Notes: generated from the sequence alone by a model not told the origin. A DNA stretch of 63,112 nt, filler included, from Intoshia linei (GCA_001642005.1; 6 parts of 6 records of this genome joined end to end with filler, not necessarily neighbours in it), one strand, 5' to 3'; counted from the whole stretch's first letter, positions 24,170-39,841 are shown. Numbers and translations are program-made.

Positions 24170-27035
24170 TTAGTTTTTGTCTTCCGTTGTATCATTTTTA
24201 TGGTAATTTGTAAAATAATTATACTGCTCCTTCATGTATTCTTGAAGCATTTTATCATTCATACTTTGTAAAAATAAATGTTGACTTTGGTAGTATTGTA
24301 TATATTTTTCAAAATTCAAAGCATTTGGATGATTTTGATTAGGAGAAATTTCACAATTGGATTGATTCCACATCTGTTTGTATGCAGTTAACATTTGTGG
24401 GTTTTTATTATGTTGATCTGATGTATAACTAGTACTGGGTTGGTTGAAAGATTGCGTTCGCAGTAAGTTGGTTCGATCTTTTGATAAAACTAAAAATTAT
24501 AAATAATATACATATATAAAATGTTTAAATACCTCTCCGCCTGGGTTGAGGAGCCAAAGGTAAATTGTGTTTTGTGTGTAAATGAATTCTTTGCAAACAA
24601 ACATTTTTGAACGTGTCGGAACAAAATTTACATTTAGGGGCAGGTAGTCTTTCTTGTATATGCTTTTTTAAGCTGGTTTTTTTACTAAACCCTCTTTTGC
24701 AAATGTCGCAATTAAATGGATAGTTTCCTGTATGAATATACATGTGGCACCTTAAATCACCCGGTGTAGGAAAAGAACGATCACAATCTGCACATTCATG
24801 TGGTTTTTTCTAAATTGATTGATTAGAAATTAATTTAAAAACAATATATTACCGAAATGTGAGTCATTTTATGGTAGTATAAATTTGAACTAGCAGTGAA
24901 AGATTTAGAACAGTAATTACAAATGTGTGGTTTCTCTCCAGTATGTATACGAGCATGGGTATTTAAAGCACTCGAAGTAGAAAATGCTTTATTGCAGGTG
25001 GAGCAAACGTGGGGTTTTTCACCAGTATGAATACGGACATGTCTATTCAATAAAGAAGGTCTGTCAAACTTTTTGAAACAATACTCGCAAGTTAAGAGTT
25101 TTTTTTCTCTTTTAATTATTATTTTTCGTTTTTTTATTTCCGAATTTGATGTATAATTATCAATTTCTAATAATGGTTGTAAGATGGGTTGTGTTATTTT
25201 GATCGGTGTATGACTAGGTGTTATTTTCATTGAAAGGTTTAAAGGAGACTTTTGTTCATTTTTCATTAATATATCGCACATGAAATGACCTTTTGATTTT
25301 TTAAAATTTGACGGAGAAAAAAATTTTCCTATGCCCGAGTCGTTTAAATTGAGGTTTGGTTTAATATTTGAGTCTTCGTCAAAAGGTCTACTAGATTGAC
25401 TGCTTTCACTCGATTTTGCTAAATTTCCAGATTCTCCAGATCCAACTAAGCCGGAATCTTCCAAATCTAAATATTTCATTATTGAAATAAATGAATGATG
25501 CGATACATAATTATTATAATATATCGTCATCTTAAATAAATTAATCTTTTTGAAGTTTTTAATAAGTTAATCAAAGAAGCAATTCATTATTAAAAACATA
25601 ATTGTATAAACATGTAATGGATTCCAAAAATATAAAAGAAACTATTTTAAACGTTGAAACCGACATCAATAGAAATTGAAATAATTACCATATTTCATTT
25701 TCACAATGCTTTTATCATTCATCATTTTTTTCACATTATCATATTCATCCATATTTATAATTATTTCTTTGTTTTCATCTAAAAGAAATTATAGAATTAG
25801 CAATTATAATTAATATATAAACATAAATCCCCGCAAGGCATAATATAAAATTACCAATGCTTTTAATCGCTTCGAAAGCAATATCGAACGTTTTGGTAGA
25901 AATTATGTTCAAACGCACGTTTGCTTTTGATTTGTTATTGGTCCATTTCGCAAAACATGTCCAGCTGTTTCTTTGATTTTCACTAATATGCCCGTGAACA
26001 CTGCTTAACAATCTCATGTTGGTTAAAATCTAAATTGACCAAATAACCAATATATTTGAATATATGTGACATCAATAATGATTAATTACTTATTTGTAAA
26101 TTGTGAAACAATTGACACATAATTTACAACAAGCATTTATGTGCGTGATTTTATTCTCAAAGACGAGTAAATTGATTGATTAGCTAACTTTAAAACTGAT
26201 AAATTTCAAGTTAAAATTTAGCTTAAATGGACAAGTGTAAATTATCCCACACAATTAATTTAAAAATTACATAAATGTATAAGATTACAAAATTTATTCC
26301 TGTCATCAAAGTAGACTAAAGATGAAACGTGCAACATGTTCAAATTTTAATATTAAAATGGACAGAATGATTCTCGGCAATAAATCAAATTTTTTGCAAT
26401 TTGTCTTAATTTTACAAATTACCGTGAAAGTTTATCATTCTAATTGAAGCCACAGATTAGACAAGGCATAATTCGATATATCACGTGTTAAACTTTAACT
26501 TTACCCAAATTTATCGAAATTATAGAATAAAAATAATATTTTTAAATGCCCTCATCGGTACGATATTATCTCATATTGAAATGTCAAATTTCACTTTGCA
26601 TTTTTGCAATAACGGACAATAAAAATATTGATTTCTGAAATGTGATTGTATCAGTTCTCATAAAAGTGACTTAACATGAATTTGAGTTTGGCAATCGGGT
26701 TACTCACAATACCGCACATCATGGAAATGTGATTGATTGACATTTATTAACCGTACAAATTATCCCATCATGAGGATATGTATTTAAGGGACATTTATTA
26801 CCTCTTTCAGTTTATTATGGGTGTCGCTTTCGCAGTTGAGAGGGTGCTGGAATGTGATCAATTTAGAATATGGAGAATTGAAAGGATGGAACATTGTATT
26901 TGCAGGCACGAATTTATTGGTGCGTACGGCTAATCCTGGATAAAGGTTGAGTTCTGAAAGTGGCGTATCTGTTTGTTGTTTTACTACATCCAAGTAAATT
27001 GGTATATCCACATTAAAGGTAGAAATTTCACTCAT
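24170..27035 (-). CDS. PRDM-like transcription factor: degenerate PR/SET domain plus six C2H2 zinc fingers, 6 exons
   Basis: PR/SET-like pieces GLAVRTNKFVPANTMFHPF, NSWTCFAKW..ANV, IAFEAIKSI|DENKEIII. Fingers CEYC..HVRIHTGEKP, CSTC..HTGEKP, CNYC..HKMTH, CADC..HMYIHTG, CDIC..H (second His missing), CKFC..HLHTKH. Exon phases are compatible through to a Q/N-rich tail. Confidence 0.85.
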
Positions 27036-29922
27036 TGTTTTTGTAAATCAACTGGTGTATATTAATATTTGTGTAGAGTGTGATGTGATTCTTGTTTACG
27101 TTATTTATAGTTTTAAAAGTTGATTTTATACAATTTTCTGATAATCATAGATTTTTGAATTTTTAACAAATTAGAAATACATTATGAGAAAAGTAAATTT
27201 GGAGCAATATAAATCTACACAATTTTATTGGTTGCACTAGTGTAATTGAAATGTCTATTATGTTTTAAATGTTATATCAGTATGTACTCAATTATAGCAC
27301 TACCGCTTTGCACATGACGATATATTTATATATTGTTCCACTAACACATGTTCTCATTTCAAGTCAATTTTTACATTCATTGGCTAGTTTGAGCCTCCCA
27401 TTGTCAGTACTGACCTTACACTATTGTTATTATAAATCTGTCAGATGTATTTAGTCATCATGAAAAGTCAATAAACAATTAAATTAAATTTCGCAATGCT
27501 ATCGGCCAGGAATTTTATTTTATATCACGAATTAATAATTTCATTTTTTAATTCAAATTCCGTTCAATTTCCCACGTTATTTTCTATTTTAGCCATATTT
27601 CATGTATACTCTTCATGATCAATATAATTTAGAATGGTTATTTTTAATTCCTGGGAACAAATTAGTGAAATTTGATGAACCATTAAAATAACCAGATATA
27701 CTCAAAACTTTTCAAGTGCTTTTTAAACTTTTAATTCTTAAAATTCATACAGAATAAACACATCTAATGTTTGACACGCATGTAGTTCAAGGTCAATTTG
27801 CTCTCTAATTGGTGTCACTTTATAATTTTTGCACTTGGAATTAAAACTGATTGTTATAAATAAAATAATAACGATAAATGTTGTCTCGATGAACTATGAC
27901 GCTAATCCCTTTATTAAAATCATTTTATTTCTATACTAAACTTAAGATCTAGATTCTAGAATCTAGAACATTTTTTTATTTGATGGTGGCAGTTAAATTA
28001 AAATTTTTTTCAAGTTTAAATAGATCAATTCATTTTCACAACAGGTCATTTTACATGTTCCGACGCTAAACATACAAACATGACTTTCGACTAGATTGTT
28101 TCTCTTTTTTTAAGCACAGTGCTGTTTTTTCAACAAGTTTTAATTACAACAATTAAAAGAACATACAATAATGACCACTTTGTTTGACTTCCCAGTGAGA
28201 AAAAGTTAAAACTCTGCAATACAAATGTATAATTATTTCATACACTGACTGTTGCATATTTTAATGTACTTTTAATCCAAAATTAAACAAAACTTTTAAA
28301 ATCAAACTTGTAATTATCTAATTTTATCAGAAAATCTGTGTTACGAGCATAAGTAGATCTACGTCTCATTGATATCGCTTCTTTTAACTAGTAATGGCTA
28401 AAATGCCGATAGCTATAAAATCATATGCGTGTAAGATCAATTTCAAACTTTACCAAGTACGTTTCATTTACAGAAATATTTACTTTGAGGTTTACGTCAG
28501 ATTTACAGTAAATTTCACTTTTAATTATAAACGTAAAGTGTACTTATAAAGTTCAAATAGAGCCATCAGGTACGTTCAAATATATTTGTTTCAATAGTTT
28601 CCATTTGACTTTAAATTTTAAACTGAATCTTCTGACAGATAAATTGTGATATGATACAGATAGCCCCTGACAAATACGACATAAAATAATATTACGTCAA
28701 CTATGAAGCATAATGATGATGTAATAATAATACAATTATAACATAATTACAATTGACGGGTGGTTGACGCGTAAACATAAAATAAAAGTGAATACATCCA
28801 TTTGCTCATTTATACACAATTGAGTAGTTGATAATTTATTTCTATTCATTTTGAACCCTAAAGCTATATTATTATCATTTATCTCGCTCTAATTACATCG
28901 GATGCACAACGAAACACGAGATTCTCTAAAGATTTAACATTTTATCACTTTCTGAAATGTAAATAGATTCATTATTGTGGAATTATCTTATTTATTGTTA
29001 CAATTTAACCTCCCATATAAAGATGCGGATATATGAAATAAACAGATAAATTACAAAGCTATTTGTTGCAATATAATATTGGGTAATTTATAAAATATAA
29101 TAATACCCAGTACAATAGATATTTTAATTTTTAAATAAATAAAAAAGTTTATTTTTAACTATCTCATAATTATCAATTTTATAGGTACAAATTGGGGTTA
29201 ATAATATTACCTTTTCATAGTTGGTACATAAATTATATACTTATAAAATGTCTTTTGTTGAAATCATAATAGCAATTAAATACATAAAATAATTTTTGTT
29301 GTCACACGCTGATTTTTTATAAATGATACATGTATAATAAAATTTATAAGCGTAACTGATACAGCTGCAATTTCTAAAAATAAAATTACTAATTCATCGA
29401 TAATAAAAAACAAACAAATTACCCCAATATACATTTTTTGTCTTGTTTTATCAACATCATTTTGCATTTTTTATAATTATTCAGTGTAATAATTCATAAA
29501 TAATAATAAATTAATTAAATTACTGTAGCATCATCTTTTTCGATGACTCATAGATAATTGACATAATGCCATACTTCCACAACATTTTGATTTATAATTG
29601 TGAGTTAACGAATAAAGATTCTAAAATAAAATTGAATGCTCAAAAAAATATACAAATGTAAACAATACAAGTTTATAATATTTTTTGGGAATACAATTAT
29701 TTCTTTTAAAAAAAATTTAAGAAATCATATATTTTGAAGATTTTTTAGTACAGTGGTTACAAACTTTTTTAACAATGCACCCATATTAATTCATTATAAT
29801 TTATGAACATTTCAGCATATTTTACAATCACAGATTTAGTTGTAATTTTATGTTCTGATTTTATGGGTCGCCAAAGAGGTTAAGATGGACCTTGGTGGTT
29901 TTAAAAAACGTTGTATTTCATG

Positions 29923-30284
29923 CAGCGCTGTGGAAAAGGGCTAGGGCCATATGACTCTGGCCTACAATCATGATGAGCCTACTATTTAATGTAATAGGTA
30001 ATTTTAGAAAATTTCATAAGTATATGTATGTCAAAATTATGACGACCAATCGGATTTTCAACGGTTATAGAACATTTTATACTACGATAATTATGGTATA
30101 CTTTTATTTTCCAATATTACCTATTAATACTATGGGTGTGGTAAAATTTGAAATTTGTTAGCATTTCTATATACTCCAGCTACTGCCGATAAAATAACAT
30201 GCATAGTGTTAATAAATTAAAAAAATAGATCCCTCATGATTGTAGACTATGGCCATAAGACCCTAGACCCTCTCCACGGTCCTG
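29923..30284. mobile_element. hAT-type MITE, CAGGACCGTGGA family (second copy 46122-46384; fragment ~39415-39455)
   Basis: Termini CAGCGCTGTGGA / TCCACGGTCCTG, subterminal CCCTCATGATTGTAG.C..GG.CAT, decayed 8-bp TSD ATTTCATG/AGTCCATG. Confidence 0.65.
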
Positions 30285-31084
30285 AGTCCATGCGTGAAAA
30301 ATTTTGGAAATCCCTTCCCATACCAAATATGAGAAGGTTGTACTAATTTTTCATAAATTTAAACCTAATTTTCTCATCGTCTAGGTTCGGACTTACGAAA
30401 TTATAGATAGGGAAACTTTGCAAAAATAATTTAGTTAAAAAAATGATCCGGTAAGATTTAACTCAGTGGTTTAAAATCTTTTGCGTTTAGAACCTCACAA
30501 TTTAAAATTCACAAAAATTTAATAAAAATACAATTTAAAATTATCAATTTCTAGGACTGTTGCAAAGATGGATCAACAGTTTGATTTTAATTTTTGTATA
30601 TTTTTATTATCTAGTTGAGAATTTCAAAATAGATCAGCGTTTCACAACCCCTGTTGTGTTATCTTATATTGTTTACCATTGTATTGAAATTATCTCCTAG
30701 TAAATAACTAAGCAAGTCCAAATTTTGTCTAGAAATGTAATGAAAAATTTAGTTCAGGGTTTCATTAAGAAAAGTTAGTGCTTCTAGATGGCTAGGACTT
30801 CGAAGAGGTTGGTTACCCCTAATTTACTTGACAAATTTTAATTAATTGATTATTATTAAAATTTTGCCCATGAGTGAAATCCCTAACACTAATACGTTTC
30901 CATTTCAAAATGTTTATTTTTTTGAACCCCAAAATTAACATGAAATAAAAAACATTTTTAAAAATTAAAGATTTTTCTCATAATTTGGTAATATCTTTTT
31001 TCAAAAAAATATTGGAAAAAAAAGATTTTTCCTTAAGGGTTGGTATTTTTCAAAAGTATGTCAACAAACTTATTTTTTTGCCGT

Positions 31085-31318
31085 CAAATGAGTGCACCTA
31101 AGTTAAAAATGCATTGCAACGTGGAAGAAAGTGAAAGTACTGTTAGAAGCAGACTACATGATAATAAAATTAAAAGTTATTCAGTTACAAGAAAACCCAG
31201 ACTATCAGCACTGAATATTTCAAAGAGATTGGAATTCAGTAGTAATCACATTGGATATAACATGAATTCATGGAAAAATGTTTTTAAAATAAAATTAAGT
31301 GGGAATGATTTCCTTTAA
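31085..31318 (+). pseudogene. Tc1/mariner transposase fragment
   Basis: SESTVRSRLH..RKPRLSALNISKRLEFSSNH..WKNV, the Tc1 second HTH and linker region. Confidence 0.7.
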
Positions 31319-32779
31319 ATTAAAATTAATGTGAAATGACGGGTTCATGGTGAAACAAATTTAGGAACTACTGCTTTAAAGGATTGATAATTATTAATAT
31401 GTCTATTATAATCGACAAATATTACTATCAGACTACTATCAGTGATCAGTGGTCACCATTACCAATAATTCTGATGGTGAAAAATGTTTTGTGATCTTTA
31501 AAAAAAATATGCAAAAGTGATCAGTGATCACTGAGCACCCTAATATACATATATACCAACGTATAATAAAATTAATCAATCTATTTGATGTAACTAGTGG
31601 CATGAGGCCAGAATGATAAAAATGTTTAGAAAACAGTAAAATGATTTGTAGTTTTGACTATTTTATACATATATATTTTGTATTTTTTAAAATTAATTTA
31701 CTATTTCATATTTATTCGAAACAAATTCGGTATACAGAAATTATTTTTTAAATTTTATGTGTAATCTGCTTATATGGATATTTATTATGAAACGCTTCTA
31801 TACATAATTGTAATATAACTGATTTCAATCAATTAAATATAATAATTGATTGCACATCAAACCGTGAAAATAAATTTTCCATGAAAATTTATTCACAAAT
31901 TCAATACAGAAATTACAAAATGACAAACAGTTAAGTCATTTTTTAAAATTTTTATGTGACCACTTTAAGAACAATTACATGAAAAAATATATCGCTCTGT
32001 AGGATAATAACAAAATTTTTCGTCTTTCTCAGCATGGTGTTCAATTGTCACATTTAACGTTTATTATTAATATTAATATTATGTAAATTATTAAATAGGA
32101 TCAATTTCACAAGAAGATACATCATAATTAAAAATATATATTATTAATTATACGGTACACTGTAGGGCGTACAGTCATTATACACTAGTAAGATGAAACT
32201 TAAAAAATATAAATAAAAGCTAACTAAAATACATTAATTTTTTTAAATTAACTATTTATTTGTTTATTAAAAATTGTTGCACGTAAGATTAAAATATTGT
32301 TAACCCTTACGAGACTTTTTCATAAATATACGAAATTTTTTTTTGTAAATTTAAGTTGAGCAAGTATAATATAAAAATGTAGGCTGTAAAATTATAGTTT
32401 TCATATACAACATGTATCCTAACCTTAATAATCTTAAACATATATTAAAATAATCAGCTAATTTTTAAGATTCTAACGATATACATATTTTTATAATTAA
32501 AAATCTAAAAATGGTGATATTTTAATTAGTAATTTTATTATTCTATTAAATTTTTACCCACAAAAAACATAGTGACATGTTTTACATGTCAAATATAATT
32601 TTTATTACATATTTCAATTAATTAAACTTTAATTAAATTTAATAATTGCATTCTCACGAAATATTTAAACAAGATTTAAACCCAGAATTATAATAAATAG
32701 ACATGATTCGACCGATTACAATAAATTCTGTTTCATATGAGGAATATATCTAACTAGAACCAGTAAATTAATCTGTCAA

Positions 32780-33905
32780 ACTGATGCCTTTTGTAATACA
32801 TTTGGTATTTTATATGAAAAGTTGATTTAAAAACAAAATATGAATTAAAAAATTAGTTTTTTCTACGGATCATTGAAATCGTCGAGATGAATTTTTAAAA
32901 TTTTATGAAAAAAACGATGATGCTGTTAATTATATTAATATTGTGGGTCTCATGAAAAAACTATTCAATTCATCAACCATAAGTCCGAATTGTTATTGAA
33001 TGCATCACAAAAATAAATATCTACCCTTAATCCTGAACAAAAAAGATGCATTGGAAAATATTATTTTATTTTTTTTGATAACGAATGATAAAAACAATCA
33101 CATGGATTTAATCGAAGAGTTATTGATAGAATACCAAGAAATGAATTGCCTTTATAGCATAAAAATGCATTACCTAGAATGTCATTTGGATTTCTTTGCA
33201 CTAAACTGCGGTATGTGGTCAGACAAAAAGGGTAAACAATTTCATCAAACTATGATATTATATGAAAGACGTTTTGGAAGATGTAGATCAGTGGTTCCTA
33301 AAGTGGGCGATATCGCCCCCTTGGGGGCGATTTTCAGCTGAGACGATTGGGGGTGATTATAAAAACATATATATAAATTTTTTTTAATATATTTCAGTAT
33401 TGTAAAATTAATGCGGTACTAAATTTAAAATATCGTTCTATGTCAATATTCATTGATTGTTTTATTATAACATTTTAATTATTAATTACACTTATTTACA
33501 ACACATTTTATATTGAAACATTATAAAATTTTATTATAAAATAAATTATATATTCTATGTACAAGTTGTTTTATATTTTTTTTGTACTTTATTTATTTAT
33601 AGACAATACAGTTTTGTTCAAACAATTTTTAAAGTACAAAAACATATATAAAAACATTGTATACCCAAAAAACTTGTTTGCAAACATTTTTTGCTTGTAA
33701 GGGAATATTTTTATAGATAGTTTGGATCCAATGATATAAAAAGTGACAGTAACAAATATATATACGACGTAGTCAAAAATTTTTTTAGGGGTGCGTTGAG
33801 AAAATATATTGCTAAAAATGGGGGAGTTAGGAAAAATGAGTTTGGGAACCCCTGATGTAGCTCATTAAATATAATTTGTGATTTTGTTTGGTGGTGTTCT
33901 TTAAA
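32780..33905 (+). pseudogene. Decayed DNA-transposon transposase of the SDEHGERFHQ type (probably Chapaev3-like), interrupted by a MITE
   Basis: YSIKMHYLECHLDFFALNCGMWSDKKGKQFHQTMILYERRFGR. After removing 33289-33854 and one TSD copy the frame continues CSSLNIICDFVWW (cf. MLADYCW). The family name is from memory. Confidence 0.65.
33289..33854. mobile_element. hAT-type MITE
   Basis: TIRs CAGTGGTTCCTAAAGT / AGTTTGGGAACCCCTG; 8-bp TSD ATGTAGAT / ATGTAGCT. Confidence 0.85.
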
Positions 33906-34613
33906 AAATAAATTTAAAATTCATCTAATTATTACTTTCTTTATTATATATTTTTAATTGATACTTTCTTATATCTTAATTTTTGAAATTTATGTCTATC
34001 ACTTACATGCTTGATATTTAACAAGATTCGTCTATACTATAGATTTTCAACGTGAATTTATTTTTTGAGTATAATAAGAATGTTCTTTCGGCAGAGCTAG
34101 GTCATGTTTGTAAGTAGTATTTCTTTTCTCATTGATACTACGGCCGCACAAAATTTACTTCAACATTGAGAAAGTTTACTCTGGACCTAAATTTTAGGTC
34201 TAATAAAATAGTTTTTTTTAAATTTATAAAACACTAGACGGTATAAACTTAAATAATGAACTATTGTGTTACAGTCGGACCTCGGTTTGGGGCACCTTTT
34301 TTTGCAAACTGTCCCAAAAACCGCTTTTAATGAATCTTTTAAGTTATTCCAATATATTATGTTTTTGTTGGTATAACTTTCCAACCCGATTTAAAATTTT
34401 GAATAAAAAAAATTCTGACAAACACTGTAATAAGCTCAGATTTATTATGGCATTGTTATTATTTCAAAATCTTAAAAATTTTTATAAAGTAAATGAACCC
34501 TGAAATGATATTGATTAATATTTTAGCAATTATATATTGCATGAATGCCAGAAAAAATAAAATTGTAAATTGCAGTATTTTCTTTTATCATAGATTATGA
34601 ATGTGTTCAGTAT

Positions 34614-34845
34614 TTGGTTTCGATAAGTAAAAAATATTTTACAAACAAGACAAGATGTAAAAAACAAGGAATGAGAACCGATAATTCAAGAAAGATATAT
34701 ACCACACTGAAAAGTATTAAACCTATCAGCTGTGATTCAGACAGGGTATTTTCATCTATCGGTAGCATAATTACGACAGGTCGATCAAGAATATCTGCAG
34801 ATGTCATGAATGCATTGATATTCTTAAAATACTATTTTAAGAAGA
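34614..34845 (+). pseudogene. hAT transposase C-terminal dimerisation-domain remnant
   Basis: LKSIKPISCDSDRVFSSIGSIITTGRSRISADVMNALIFLK matches the hATC pattern (P.TS..SER.FS..G......R.RL). Confidence 0.8.
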
Positions 34846-35676
34846 AAATTTACATAAGTTTATATGTAAATAAATTATAGTAATTATAAATTTCAATATT
34901 CACCGATAACAATTTATTGCGTAAATTGTCAACACTATATATCACAATTTGTCGGTTATTGAAATAAGGGCCCTTAATAAATAAACATAATTTATTCACT
35001 TGAAAATAAAAATTCTATGCAGCGATGAAGTATGTTATAATAAATGTTTGTATAATAATTTTGTATTCGACCTACGACTATAATTATATTTAGAAAACTA
35101 TTTATAGAAATCATAAATGTAAAACACGTCATTCATAAAGACCCACATCCAAAAGTATTGAAGGCATTGTAATTTTGATTCTTTATCTAAATTAAAAAAA
35201 TGTCACAATTTTAACAAAATTCAAAATACTGGTAAATTCGAAGTAATCAGTAAATTAAGAAAAATAAAATAGTGATAAAAAAACTAAATTTAAATTTATG
35301 GTTGTTTACCCGATTTTTTCCAAAAAATAAAAATCTTGATGAAGCACCAAATTAGTTTCAATTACGAAATATAATACTGCTCTAATCGAAATTAGCAGAA
35401 ACTCAAATGCATTGTAATGGCTTCAAACAGCGAAAATAAAAATTGTTTAAATTTAAAAGAATTTTACAATACAAAAAGTGTACGTTAGAATAGGAATCTC
35501 CACATGTCCATTAAGGGAAGTTTATAATTAAAAGTTTTGTAGAATTAATAAGTGAATCCCACATCTTTAAACCAAAAAATAGATGATTGTTAAGAAGAAT
35601 ATACATAAGTTGGAAAACTACTTAAATTAAATTTTAATAAATATCTAAACTCAGTAATAGAAATAATTTTGAGAAT

Positions 35677-36857
<1,181 letters not shown>

Positions 36858-37105
36858 TTAAATTTGAAAATAGAAAAAAAATTGTTTGTGCAAAACTCAA
36901 ATGACAAAATGATAATGAACAATGAAAACAGCTACTATCGTTCATGATTTATATTTTGTCATAGTTATAGTTGAGACAGAGCGACTGAGTGATGCGTATC
37001 TATGTTACATATCTCTTATTGAATAGCACAACAGGCAATTGTGTTGATATTTTTGCATTCATAGCATTCTAGCAGACATAATAATTTTCAATCGTCAATA
37101 TATTT

Positions 37106-37115
37106 CCTTATAAGG
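37106..37115. promoter_or_regulatory. CArG box (SRF site) upstream of actin
   Basis: CCTTATAAGG is an exact CC(A/T)6GG inside the palindrome TTCCTTATAAGGAA, ~260 bp upstream of the actin ATG. Confidence 0.65.
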
Positions 37116-37966
37116 AACAAACTTGAGTTACTGTCATTTGTATGGGAGTATCAATAGAATTTATCAACTTAATTATAGTGATTTACAGTTGTGGTGAATC
37201 ACCATTACGTTGGGAATGTTTATTGTTTCCAATTAAAATTTAATGAAAGTTTGTTTCAACTTTAATTAATATTTGGATAAATAGTAATCAATATAAATCA
37301 TTAATGCTTTTCAACTATGATCGATTTATTATATTATTCAGAAAAAAGTATTTATGCATGAGTGATTTTAACAATTAAATTATTTTATAAAATTGTACAT
37401 TATTAATTTCAAATATTAGCAGTAATTATCAAGATTTATGAAAAATCGCACCTTCAATTTTTGTAACAACAAATGCATTAATTCATATCGAGAGAATTTC
37501 ATAATCATTCAATATAAAATTTATAAATGGTGCAAAATTATAGGCTAACTAAATTTCATTGAATAAAATCGTCCATAAAATGGACTCTGCGTGAGCATTA
37601 AAGAGTTAAAAAAAAATTTTGTGTTTTTTATGTTGTTAGATATGTAATGTAAATAATGATATTAAAATTATTTTTGTTGGTTAATTATTTCAGAATTCAG
37701 TCCAATATAATTAATAAATGCAAATTAATTGTACGTTTTTCTTACATTTATAAAGATTTTATTTTATTTTCTTAATCTGGAATTTTTAATAATAAACAAA
37801 TATATCTTTCATTTTCTAATGATAATCCTCAATTCACCCAGTGTCAAAAACATTTAACGAAATTGTTAAAATTGGATAACGTGTGGGCTTGAATAACATT
37901 AATGTCAACAATGTTGAGGAATGAATCAATTCATATTCGAACGAATTTAATCATGATGATCTTATC

Positions 37967-38533
37967 CAGGGTGCACAACCTTTCCACCAATTCAGCCACA
38001 ATGCTACTTTTCTCATTGATACTACGGCCGCACAAAATTTACTTCAACATTGAGAAAGTTTACTCTGGACCTAAATTTTAGGTCTAATAAAATAGTTTTT
38101 TTTAAATTTTAATTTTAATGAGCCAGTTTTAATTAATAATTTTCAACATCATATTTGTCATTTAACTGAATCGGAATAAATAGCAATAGTAGGATTAATG
38201 CAGTGCGTCTCATGGGGGTGACTGGTCACCCCAAGGTGTGAATACGAAAATTTAGATGATTGTAGCCTAATCTACAATTTTCAACATATTTCATTAAATC
38301 ATCCCATTTAATATAATCTTATGATAAAAAAATATATCAGTGACTGCCTTGATTTTGTGTGCCCTTCGCTAACATTTGAGAAACTGGGGCAAAGTCAAGA
38401 ATGTAACTTTTTGATTAAAATATTTTAAATAGACCTTGAATAAAATCTCATTTTAACTTTTCAATTTGAAGTAAAATGATATATTGCATTATGGTCAAAT
38501 TTATTGCCCACGGCCGCACATTGTGCACCCCTG
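37967..38533. mobile_element. hAT-type MITE with a nested fragment of a second MITE family (~38200-38390)
   Basis: TIRs CAGGGTGCACAA / TTGTGCACCCCTG; perfect 8-bp TSD ATCTTATC. Confidence 0.88.
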
Positions 38534-38774
38534 ATCTTATCGAATTATCAGAACAAAACGAGCTCTATCAATAGGAAGATAAAGAACAAAATTAATTAAA
38601 AAATAAAAATTTTCATGAATTATTTTTACAATTTGAGTTATTAAAGGAAAAATTGTATGTAACAATTTGTATTAAAAAATGATATGCTATAGAAATATAT
38701 CTGAAGATATAGATAAGAAACAAATAAAAATCCAGTTATTTTTCAAAAGTATAAAATCAACTTAAAAAATCACT

Positions 38775-38837
38775 TTCCTCGATTAACGCGGTTGAAATTT
38801 TGGTTTTATAAATCGCGTTAATCGAGGAATACCTGTA
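38775..38837. mobile_element. Tigger/pogo-like MITE terminus with hairpin
   Basis: Perfect 16-bp inverted repeat TTCCTCGATTAACGCG / CGCGTTAATCGAGGAA followed by TACCTG-TA. Confidence 0.55.
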
Positions 38838-39841
38838 TTCCTCTAGATAAATTGACAATTTGATCAAATTCATTATAAGAATTGAGTTATTTGTAAAATT
38901 CAAGAAGATCAAGATGTTCCCTGATATGTTTTCAAAGATTCTCCACTATGTAGCTCATAGAGTTCTAACTGGTGCTTCCGTATAATTAGATAAAAATAGA
39001 TCACTACACAATTAAGTTTCTATCTTTATGAAGTCAGAAAATCTCGTTGTAAATTTTTCTAACAAAATTTAGCATAATTTCAAAGTTAACAGTAAAATTT
39101 TCTTGCATTTTAGATAAAATCTGAAAATGTATAATTTCATCATCTTTCAAATGTATTATTAATAGTTCTAATTTCTTAGTAAAATTTGTTATGCGCTCAA
39201 ATATTGAGAAACATAATCGGTCTTTTAACTTTTTTTAACTATTAACTAATATAATAATATAAAAAAATAGAATTTGACAGTGGACCGCATGAAAATATTA
39301 AGTGGGCAGCAGTGCGGCTCATAGGTTGGACATCCTTGGAAGAAAACATTTTATTATACGATAATTTTAGTATACATAAGAAATTTTCCAACATTACCTA
39401 TTAAATTAAAAAAATAGGCCCTCATGATTGTAAATCCGGGCCATATGGCCCTCTACTTTATAATAATTTTAATACTCAATTTTCAAATCCCCCTGGATTT
39501 TATTTTATTGAATATACTAGAACCGTTTCTCTTTAATAAAAATATATCATGTGTAAATTTTCAAAAACGGGACCTGTGAAATTTTTTGATATAAAAAAGT
39601 GGCTCATGAGATAAAAAAGGTTACCGAACCCTGGTCTATGCGTACACATATAATAAAGGTTAAAAACAAGATGGACTAGTTACTAAAATGAGATCATATT
39701 CTTAAAAATGTTAATCTGTTCTTATTGTAGTTAGCAGACATAAATTCTAACAAATTTTACAAGTGTTGATTTACCATTTATGGTGTTAAAACAAATTGCA
39801 GAATGTAACCATCTAACAAAATACAGTTATGTTTATTTTAA

